This document shows, one piece after another, positions 1 through 9,884 of a stretch of DNA of 64,000 nt (positions are counted from its first letter, which is position 1; each line of letters opens with the position of its first letter). The notes beneath the pieces were generated by a model. That model worked only from the letters and a program-made list of their open reading frames with translations, ran no database searches and had not been told where the DNA came from. The translations under genes and the position numbers were made by a program. Source of the DNA: Dendrobates tinctorius (Eukaryota); contig NW_027361687.1 in the NCBI RefSeq assembly GCF_039654945.1, positions 34,782,001-34,846,000 on the forward strand. The letters are read 5' to 3'.

Positions 1-2324
1 CCACATTTTGGGTTGACAGACGGGTCCTTTTTTCTGTCAGGATTGATCCAGCTGCACTGAAGACTCTTTCCGATAGCACACTTGCAGCTGGGCAAGCGAG
101 CTCCTGTAAGGCATATTGTGCCAATTCAGGCCAGGTGTCCAGTTTAGCAGCCCAGTAGTCAAAGGGGAATGACCTGTGTGGGAGAACATCGATATGGGAG
201 GAAAAGTAGTTTGTAACCATAGTTGACAACTGCTGTCTCCTGTCACTTTCCATCGATGCTGTATTACCAGTTGTGTGAGCGGTACTTGAAAAATCAGTCC
301 ACAACATTGTCATGAAACCCCTGTCTCCAACGCCACTTCTGCTGTGTGCACCATGAACACCTCTGCCAAGCTGCCCCCGGCCCGTACGGCTCGTGTGAGA
401 ACCATCACCGCTGCTGTGTGCTGGGAATGCCTCAAGCAACCGATTTACCAGAGTTGCTTGTTTATTAGCCAATATTAGGTCAAGGTTCTCCTGTGGCATG
501 ATGTTTTGTAATTTGCCTTTATAGCGTGGATCCAGGATGCTGGCCAACCAGTAGTCGTCATCGTTCATCATTTTGGCAATGCGGGGGTCCCTTTTTAGGA
601 TCCGCAAGGCATAATCTGACATGTGGGCCAATGTTCCCGGTGTCAATGATGCACTGCGAGTGCTGGTTGGAGGAGCACTTTCTGGCAAATCCACATCCCT
701 CCAGTCACGCACAAACCCTGTACCAGACCTTGCCACGCCAACATTTTCACTTGCCCCACGAGATGCATCCTCCTCCCCTAAGTAATCATCCCCATCATCA
801 TCCTCCTCCTCCTCTTCTTCCTCCACCTCGTCCAGGAGAGGTCCCTGAGCAGACAATGGCTGAATGTCATCAAGGATTCCCTCCTCCTCTTCCTCCTCAT
901 CAACATTGGCTGCAGACGCCTGCTCCTTAAGGTGCGTCAAAGTTTGCATGAGCAGACGCATAAGTGGGATGCTCATGCTTAGGATGGCGTCGTCTGCGCT
1001 TACCAGCCGTGTGCATTCCTCAAAACACTGAAGGACTTTACAGAGGTCTTTCAGCTTCGACCTCTGCACACCTGTCAACTCCATGTCTGCTCTCAAAGTG
1101 CCTGGCCGTGTATCCTCCCACAAATGCATTATGGCCTGCCTCTGCTCGCACAGCCGCTCCACCATGTGCAGGGTGGAGTTCCACCTTGTTGCAATGTCGA
1201 TAATGAGGCGGTGGTTGGGAAGGTGGAGCAATCGCTGCAGCTTCTGCATACGAACGGAGTGTACAGGCGACCGTCGGATGTGCGCGCACAGTCTTCGCAC
1301 CTTCTGGAGCAGGGCTGTTAACTCCGGATAATTTTTGAGGAAGCACTGCACCACCAGGTTCAAGGTGTGAGCCAAGCAAGGTATGTGGCTGAGTTTTTAA
1401 AGGGCTATGGCTGCCACAAAATTACGGCCGTTATCACTAACTACCTTGCCTGCCTCAAGATGTACACTGCCCAGCCATGACTCAGTTTGTCGCTTCAAGT
1501 ACTCGGCCAGTACCTCGGCGGTGTGTCTGTCGCCCAAACACATCATCTGCAACACAGCCTGCTGACGCTTTCCACTAGCTGCTCGATAGGGGGACACCTC
1601 ATGTGCAACAGTGGCAGCTACAGATGGAGTGCTCGTACGACTGCGCTCTGTGGACGAGCTTTCGCTTCTGGAGGAGGAGGAGGAGGGTCGAACGCCTACA
1701 GCCAACTGTTTCCTATACCGTGGGCTAGGCAGCACTGTCCCACCACCGCTGTCCCCTGTGGACCCTGCATCCACCACATTAACCCAGTGCGCAGTGATGG
1801 ACACGTAACGGCCCTGGCCATGCCGACTGGACCATGCATCAGTTGTGAGGTGCACCTTTCCACTCACTGACTGCTTGAGTGCATGGACAATGCGGTCTTT
1901 TACATGATGGTGGAGGGCTGGGATGGCTTTGCGAGAGAAGAAGTGGCGACTGGGTAGGTCATAGCGTGGTACTGCATAGGCCATGAGTTCGCGGAAAGCT
2001 GCGCTTTCCACCAACATGAGCCTCCAATGACGACTCAGTGCTTTTACTTTTTACAACTTCAGAAGAGGAGGCGATAGAGCTGGAGGCTGAGTCAGCAATG
2101 TAAGACAAAACTTTATCCTGATGCTCTGGCTTTCAAAGCGGTTTGCCAACTCCTAGAAAACTAAGCCTTTGAAGCCTTATGGAGCCAGACGATGACGCAG
2201 GCTCAACACCTCCTGCATTTGGTCCTATTTTGCTCTTGCCACTACCATCAGATCCACCACCACCATCATTACCAGCTGCCAACCCCCGCCCAATTCCACG
2301 GCCTCTTCCACCAGTCTTCCTCAT
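1..2324 (-). pseudogene. hAT (ZBED-like) transposase, frameshifted and internally deleted
   Basis: Catalytic-domain motifs are split across frames. The BED finger region expected between the N-terminus (~2324-2133) and 2017 is missing. Confidence 0.8.
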
Positions 2325-2399
2325 TTTTTGCAGAAATGTAGACAAAATCCAACAAACTATATAGTAATGTAAAACAAGGTACAAGGTGTCTATAGGACA

Positions 2400-4815
2400 G
2401 GTGAGATTTTGAATTTCTGCACACACTTGTGGACACTTATGGATTGTGTGAGGCCCACTGAATATCACAGCGCTATGTCACAGGCTCGATGGCACAGGTG
2501 TGAAAAAAGTGACTACAGGATAAGGGAGCTTTTGAATTTCTGCACACACTAGTGGACACTGGACACTTTTGGATTGTGTGAGGCCCACTGAATATCAGAG
2601 CGCTATGTCACAGGCTCGATGGCACAGGTGTGAAAAAAGTGACTACAGGATAAGGGAGATTTTGAATTTCTGCACACACTAGTGGACACTGGACACTTTT
2701 GGATTGTGTGAGGCCCACTGAATATCAGAGCGCTATGTCACAGGCTCGATGGCACAGGTGTGAAAAAAGTGACTACAGGATAAGGGAGCTTTTGAATTTC
2801 TGCACACACTAGTGGACACTGGACACTTTTGGATTGTGTGAGGCCCACTGAATATCAGAGCGCTATGTCACAGGCTCGATGGCACAGGTGTGAAAAAAGT
2901 GACTACAGGATAAGAGAGATTTTGAATTTCTGCACACACTAGTGGACACTGGACACTTTTGGATTGTGTGAGGCCCACTGAATATCAGAGCGCTATGTCA
3001 CAGGCTCGATGGCACAGGTGTGAAAAAAGTGACTACAGGATCACAGAGATTTTGAATTTCTGCACACACTAGTGGACACTGGACACTTTTGGATTGTGTG
3101 AGGCCCACTGAATATCAGAGCGCTATGTCATAGGCTCGATGGCACAGGTGTGAAAAAAGTGACTACAGGATAAGGGAGATTTTGAATTTCTGCACACACT
3201 AGTGGACACTGGACACTTTTGGATTGTGTGAGGCCCACTGAATATCAGAGCGCTATGTCACAGGCTCGATGGCACAGGTGTGAAAAAAGTGACTACAGGA
3301 TCACAGAGATTTTGAATTTCTGCACACACTTGTGGACACTGGACACTTATGGATTGTGTGAGGCCCACTGAATATCACAGCGCTATGTCACAGGCTCGAT
3401 GGCACAGGTGTGAAAAAAGTGACTACAGGATCACAGAGATTTTGAATTTCTGCACACACTAGTGGACACTGGACACTTTTGGATTGTGTGAGGCGCACTG
3501 AATATCAGAGCGCTATGTCACAGGCTCGATGGCACAGGTGTAAAAAAAGTGACTACATAATAAGGGAGATTTTGAATTTCTTCACACACTAGTGGACACT
3601 GGACACTTTTGGATTGTGTGAGGCCCACTGAATATCAGAGCGCTATGTCACAGGCTCGATGGCACAGGTGTGAAAAAAGTGACTACAGGATAAGGGAGAT
3701 TTTGAATTTCTGCACACACTAGTGGACACTGGACACTTTTGGATTGTGTGAGGCCCACTGAATATCAGAGCGCTATGTCATAGGCTCGATGGCACAGGTG
3801 TGAAAAAAGTGACTACAGGATAAGGGAGATTTTGAATTTCTGCACACACTAGTGGACACTGGACACTTTTGGATTGTGTGAGGCCCACTGAATATCAGAG
3901 CGCTATGTCACAGGCTCGATGGCACAGGTGTGAAAAAAGTGACTACAGGATCAGAGATTTTGAATTTCTGCACACACTTGTGGACACTGATGGATTGTGT
4001 GAGGCCCACTGAATATCACAGCGCTATGTCACAGGCTCGATGGCACAGGTGTGAAAAAAGTGACTACAGGATAAGGGAGATTTTGAATTTCTGCACACAC
4101 TAGTGGACACTGGACACTTTTGGATTGTGTGAGGCCCACTGAATATCAGAGCGCTATGTCACAGGCTCGATGGCACAGGTGTGAAAAAAGTGACTACAGG
4201 ATCACAGAGATTTTGAATTTCTGCACACACTTGTGGACACTGGACACTTATGGATTGTGTGAGGCCCACTGAATATCAGAGCGCTATGTCACAGGCTCGA
4301 TGGCACAGGTGTGAAAAAAGTGACTACAGGATCATAGAGATTTTGAATTTCTGCACACACTAGTGGACACTGGACACTTTTGGATTGTGTGAGGCCCACT
4401 GAATATCAGAGCACTATGTCACAGGCTCGATGGCACAGGTGTGAAAAAAGTGACTATAGGATCACAGAGATTTTGAATTTCTGCACACACTAGTGGACAC
4501 TGGACACTTTTGGATTGTGTGAGGCCCACTGAATATCAGAGCGCTATGTCACAGGCTCGATGGCACAGGTGTGAAAAAAGTGACTACAGGATAAGGGAGA
4601 TTTTGAATTTCTGCACACACTAGTGGACACTGGACACTTTTGGATTGTGTAAGGCCCACTGAATATCAGAGCGCTATGTCACAGGCTCGATGGCACAGGT
4701 GTGAAAAAAGTGACTACAGGATCACAGAGATTTTGAATTTCTGCACACACTAGTGGACACTGGACACTTTTGGATTGTGTGAGGCCCACTGAATATCAGA
4801 GCGCTATGTCACAGG
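2400..4815. repeat. 120-bp tandem repeat, ~20 copies, inside the hAT element upstream of the transposase start
   Basis: Unit ...GAGATTTTGAATTTCTGCACACACTAGTGGACACTGGACACTTTTGGATTGTGTGAGGCCCACTGAATATCAGAGCGCTATGTCACAGGCTCGATGGCACAGGTGTGAAAAAAGTGACTACAGGA... recurs every 120 nt. Confidence 0.97.
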
Positions 4816-5891
4816 CAGAAATTGGCTAGTGTATCACAAACTACAAGGTGTATGTAGAATTGGGCAGAATAGGAATCTCCCTAGAGTGTAGGTCTGTAAG
4901 AACGGAACAAGTCCTCCACTTATCCTTCCACAGTGACACACAGATAGCTTCACTGTGGCCGTGATAACAGCCGTTACACGGTACTGAGAGGAGCGTGCAC
5001 GTACACGGCTGTCCGGTGTACGTAAAATTGTCAAGCTCCGTGTTTTTTAAGTATACGGACTGACACACGCTGTCTCTCTATAGTTTTGAATGTGATCAAA
5101 CAGCAAATATATTTAACTGTTTGAAAGCTAGACAAAACTAGTAGGTGCAGGTCTGTAAGAACGGAACATGTCCTCGACTTATTCTCACAGAGTGACACAC
5201 AGATAGCTTCACTGTGGCTGTGATAACAGCCATTACACGGTACTGTGTGAGGAGCGTACACCGCTGTATGGTGTGAAAAAATGCACGCTCAGTACCTCAG
5301 CAGGACAAAAAAAAAAATTGGGATTGCTTTTAAAAAAGCAGTTTGAAGAGCAGTGGGTAAACAGCAATGCAGCTGTCAGGAAGCCTTAGAAGGCAGCCTA
5401 ACAACCAACACCGCTGATCCACCACAATATAGCCTCCCCTTGCACTGCACACACAGTGACTGGTGTGTTGTACAGGCAAAATCGCTAGCAGCAGAAGCAG
5501 TTTTTTTTTTCTTCTTCCCTGCCTAACGCTCTCCCTACAGAATCAGCAGCAGCAACCTCTCCCTATGCTAAGATCGGCAGAAGTAAGATGGCGGTCGGCG
5601 TGCACGCCCTTTTATAACCCCTGTGACGCCCACTAAAGCAAGCCAATCACTTGCATGCCCTTCTGAAAGATGGTGGTGACCCCTGCCTATGTCATCACGT
5701 TGCCCACAGTGTCCGTGGATCCTGATTGGCTGAAAAAGAGCGCAAAACAAACTTTTGAAACGCGACTTTGGCGCGTAAGTCGCCGACCTCGTGGCCGACC
5801 TCATCCTAGGGTCGGGTTTCGTTTCATGAAATCCGACTTTGCCAAAAGTCGGCGACTTTTGAAATTTTTCGACCCGTTTCGCTCAACTCTA

Positions 5892-6597
5892 GTGGTGGCA
5901 AGTGGGGTCATAAGGGGTTAATGTCACCTTTCTATTGTATGGTGACATTAAGCCCGGATTAGTAATGGAGAGGTGTCAATAAGACACCTCTCCGTTACAA
6001 ATCCTATAGTTATTCAAGGGTTAAATAAACACACACAATAAGAACAAAGTATTTTAATAAAAGAATACACTAGACACAGTGTTTAAAGCTTTATTATACT
6101 CCTAATTCCATATTGACGCCATCGTTCTGTAAAAAATCATAAAATAATAAACCAACAATATTCATACCTGTCCGTCGCTCAGTCAAGTCCCACGGCGTAA
6201 TCCATCTCAGGGGTTAATCAGTTTACAGGCGGAGTGCTGCTAATGCGACTGCTCCAACTGTAAACTACTGGGGAATGAATGGAAGCAGCGCGCACAGGCT
6301 CTGTGACGTCACTGCTAGTTATTGAGTTCAGCACCAGCACTAGCCGCAGGGGAACAGTGGCTTACAGTAGTGCTTTTTCCTCGGCGGCCGTCTGTGTACA
6401 TGGAGGACAGTGTGAACCGTGCGCTCCCATAAACACTGACATGTCTCCGTGTTTTGCACACAGACCGTGTGTCCGTGAAAACATGCTGACGTGTGCAGAG
6501 ACACATTCATTTTAATATGTCTACGTGTGTCAGTGTCTCCAGTACGTGAGGAAACTGTCACTACACGTACCGGATCGACTGACGTGTGAAACCGGCC
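5892..6597. mobile_element. Right portion of a PIF/Harbinger-like non-autonomous element (interrupted by the hAT)
   Basis: Ends GTGTGAAACCGGCC followed by TAA (6598-6600). The internal sequence at 5900-6010 resembles 63480-63590 of the element that begins TTA|GGCCGGTTT at 62789. Confidence 0.6.
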
Positions 6598-6600
6598 TAA

Positions 6601-8930
6601 CAGGGCTAAAGCACTGCTATGTGTAGCACAAGCGATCTGATGATCACAGCTTGAAGTCTCCTAAGTAGACTTTTAAAGCAAGTAAAAAGTGTAAGAAAAA
6701 AAAAGGTTTAAAAAATATATTTCAAATGACCCCCCTTTTGCCCTCTTCAAAATAAGACAATTAAAAATTATATATATACATTTGTTATTGCTGAGTTCAG
6801 AAATGCATGATCCATAAAAATATAAAATTAATTAAATTAATCCGATCGGTAAATGTCATAACGAGGAAAAAATCAAAACGCCAGAATTACCGTGTTTTGA
6901 TCGCTGCAACATTGCAATAAAATGCAATAACAGGCAATTAAAACATCATGTCAACCTGAAAATGGTATCAATATAAACACCAAAAATAAGCCCTCACCCA
7001 ACCACAGGTCCTGAAAATTGGACACGCTACAGGTCTTGGAAAATGGAGCTTTTTTTTTTTTTCTTACAATCTTTGGATTTTTTTTTTCACCAATCCATTA
7101 AAAAAAGAACCTAGACATGTTTGTAATATGCAAACTCGTAATGACCAGGAGAATCATTACGTTTTCCCTGATGAAGGATTTCATCCAAAATGCGCGTCGG
7201 GGTTGTGCAGCTCGATTACTAGCGGTCCTTAAAGGTATACACCCCGAATTGTTTTCTCCCCCACTCTCTATTGGCACCTTACACTAAGCACTTTATATAT
7301 ATGAATGGTTAATTTTTTTAACCTTTTTTGTGAATACTTGAATTATTTGCACCTGTCACTTTTGTTGGAGCTCTTGTTTTATTAAAATATTTGCATTCAT
7401 CACTCTTTTTGGAGCCCCTGTTTTACTAATACGGCCCCCTTTTCATATATTGCCACTGTTTTATTGAGAAGCATACCAAGGACAGTGTATATAAATCCTG
7501 ATATATAAAAACACATATTACGACCGCTGTGTTTTATTTAAATCTATATATATATAACTTATACCATACGAGCGCACAATGCTTTGTTTGTAGCTATGTA
7601 CCACTATTATGTAATAAAGATATTTTAATTATATTTTATTGTATATTTTTATTATTTCTTAACCATACTTTTTACCATAAATTCGAGGTTTTCTCTGGTT
7701 CGCTACTATCTATGGTAAAATGAATGATGACATTCAAAAATACAACTCGTCCTGCAAAAATCAAGCCCTCACATGGCCATATTGATGGAAAAATAAAAAA
7801 AAGTTATGGCTCTGGGAAGAAGGGGAGCAAAAAGCAGGAACGCAATAATGGAAAACCCCATGGTGGTGAAGGCGTTAAAGGAACTGGTGATTTTTAATTT
7901 TTGTGCTTTCGTTTTTCCCTCCCCTTATTCCAACAGCCATACCTTTCTTTTATTTTTCCACCAACATAGCCGTGTGAGGGCTTTTTTTTTTTTGCAAGAC
8001 AAGTTTTACATTTGAATGACTCCATCTATTTTATCATGTGATTTCCTGGAAAGTGGTTAAAAAAATCCAAGCGCGGTGAAATAGCCAAAAAAAAGCAAAA
8101 TTCAGCAATTGTTTTTTAGGCTTTTTATTTACAGTGTTCATTTTACCACAAAAGTTAGCGGGCAGTATGATTCTCCAGGTCAGTACAATTATGCAGATAC
8201 CAAGCATATTTAAATGGTGAAAAGAAATATTCTGAAATTTGTAAAGAAAATAAAATTTGCTTGTGTCTCTATTTTCCAAGAGCCGTAAGATTGTCAATTT
8301 TTGGGATCTGCGGCTTGGTTTTTGGGCCCTGAGATAACATTTTTATTGATACCATTTTGGTGTAGATATGATGTTTTGATCACCTTTTTTTTTCAATTTT
8401 TTTGTGCTGTTGCAGTGGCCAAAACACTGCTATTCTTGCATTTTAATCTTTTTTTCTTGTTACACCGTTTATTGATAAGATTAATATGTTTTATATTTTG
8501 ATAGATTGGACTTTTTCAAAACCAAATGTGTATTTTTTTGTTAATTTTATTTCTTGATTTTTAATGGGGAGAAAAGAGGGGTGATTTAAAGTTTTATAAT
8601 TTTTTACATTTTTTTTCCTATGTTCGAAAACATTTTTTTTTTTTAGTGTTCACTGCATGTGTTAGTCCTCTCAGGGGACTTGTACCTGCAATCGTCTGAT
8701 CGCTTGTACTATATACACCAATGCCACAGTATTGCTGTATGTAGTAAAAGTTACGGCATCCTATGAGCTGGTTTCGCAGGCGTACCATAATGACAGACAC
8801 AGGGGTCTTCAGCAGACCCTTGGCCATTGTGGCAATCTGTCGGCATCTAGCAATCGAGTCGCAGCTGTGCTGATGAGCAGTTAAGACATCGGGCCCCCTG
8901 TCGGAGTGCCGAAGATGCTGCTGTCACAGA
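6601..8930. mobile_element. Two arms of a long-inverted-repeat (piggyBac/TTAA-like) non-autonomous element family arranged as an imperfect palindrome centred near 7880
   Basis: 7720-7850 is the reverse complement of 7890-8030, 6610-6670 of 8660-8730, and 7120-7158 of 8165-8205. A terminus-like GGTGAAGGCGTTAA lies at 7865-7878. Confidence 0.55.
7166..7202 (+). ncRNA. Degenerate minimal hammerhead ribozyme (Penelope-like element type)
   Basis: CC-CTGATGA-A-GGAT-TTC-ATCC-AAAAT-GCGC-GTC-GGGG: CUGAUGA box, 4-bp stem II, palindromic stem III and GUC. The expected CGAAAC reads CAAAAT (two changes at CpG positions). It lies at the start of a ~540-bp AT-rich insert (7159-~7700) that breaks the surrounding palindrome. 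Confidence 0.6.
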
Positions 8931-8993
8931 TTGAGGGGGTGAGGGCGCCTTTGGTTTCATCTGCCTAGGGAACCAAAAAAGCACTAATTAGAG

Positions 8994-9155
8994 CAGGGTT
9001 CCCCAACTCCAGTCCTCAAGGCCCACCAACAGATCATGTTTTCAGGATTTCCTTAGTATTGCTCAGGTGATAATTGCTTCATCTGTGCAATACAAAGGAA
9101 ATCCTGAAAACATGATCTGTTGTTGGGCCTTGAGGACTGGAGTTGGGGAACCCTG
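8994..9155. mobile_element. 162-bp palindromic hAT-type MITE
   Basis: Near-perfect ~70-bp terminal inverted repeats CAGGGTTCCCCAACTCCAGTCCTCAAGGCCC...; 8-bp TSD AATTAGAG at 8986-8993 and 9156-9163. Confidence 0.92.
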
Positions 9156-9299
9156 AATTAGAGAAGCATCCAAGAGGCCTATGGTCACTCTGGAGGAGCT
9201 GCCGAGATCCTCAGCTCAGGTGGGAAGAGAATCTGTCCATGGGACAACTATAAGGCTCTCACGCAGGAAAACGATGAAGAAATACATCAGGATAAGACT

Positions 9300-9884
9300 T
9301 TGCCAACAAACAGCAACCTTGTACGCCTTCAGAGTCCTCCTGGATGGAGAAAGAAAAATGTTGTGAAGAAGAAACGGAGAGTGGTGGTCATGGGGGATTC
9401 CCTGCTGAGAGGAACAGAGGCCGCTATCTGCAGACCGGATATAACTACAAGAGAAATGTGCTGTCTTCCAGGTGCAAAAATTAAAGATGTGTCTGACAGG
9501 ATATCAGGACTCTTCAGACCTACAGATGACTACCCATTCCCGCTACTACATGTGGGGACAAATGACACCGCAAGAAACGACCTGGAAACCATCTGCAGAG
9601 ACTTTGAAGACTTAGGCAAGAAAGTGAAAGAACTGGGAGCGCAGGTGGTCTTCTCTTCCATCCTCCCAGTGGATGGCCATGGAACAAGGAGGTGGAATAA
9701 GATTCTGCAGGTGAACAACTGGCTACGTCGATGGTGCCGTCAGCAACGATTTGGATTTCTGGATCACGGAGTGAACTACTTATACGATGGACTACTTGCT
9801 AGAGATGGGGTGCACCTTACGAAGACTGGAAAGCATGTATTTGGAAGTCGCCTTGCTACACTTGTAAGGAGAGCTTTAAACTAG
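9300..9884 (+). CDS. CR1 ORF1 C-terminal part, SGNH/GDSL esterase-like domain (5'-truncated)
   Basis: VVVMGDSLLRG, LHVGTND and DGVHL motifs; stop TAG at 9882-9884. Confidence 0.85.
   Translation: MPTNSNLVRLQSPPGWRKKNVVKKKRRVVVMGDSLLRGTEAAICRPDITTREMCCLPGAKIKDVSDRISGLFRPTDDYPFPLLHVGTNDTARNDLETICRDFEDLGKKVKELGAQVVFSSILPVDGHGTRRWNKILQVNNWLRRWCRQQRFGFLDHGVNYLYDGLLARDGVHLTKTGKHVFGSRLATLVRRALN

Larger units (their letters stand above)
1..5891 (-). mobile_element. Decayed hAT-superfamily DNA transposon (5' end at 5891; runs off the window start)
   Basis: Minus-strand transposase remnants: 1397-2017 (LPSRHFFSRKAIP, VHLTTDAWSSRHGQGRYVSITAHW, VVSDNGRNF), then a frameshifted PCLAHTLNLVVQ CxxH motif near 1350-1390. 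The N-terminal MRKTGGRGRG lies at ~2324. A hAT-type terminus TAGAGTTGAGCG (reverse complement) ends at 5891. Minus-strand TATA (5608-5617), CCAAT and YY1-like motifs lie near that end. Confidence 0.85.

Noticed and set aside
2400-4815. Regular repeats that could be taken for a CRISPR array (also 29645-33260 and 41788-45436)
   Set aside because: There are no unique spacers, no cas genes, and the context is eukaryotic.
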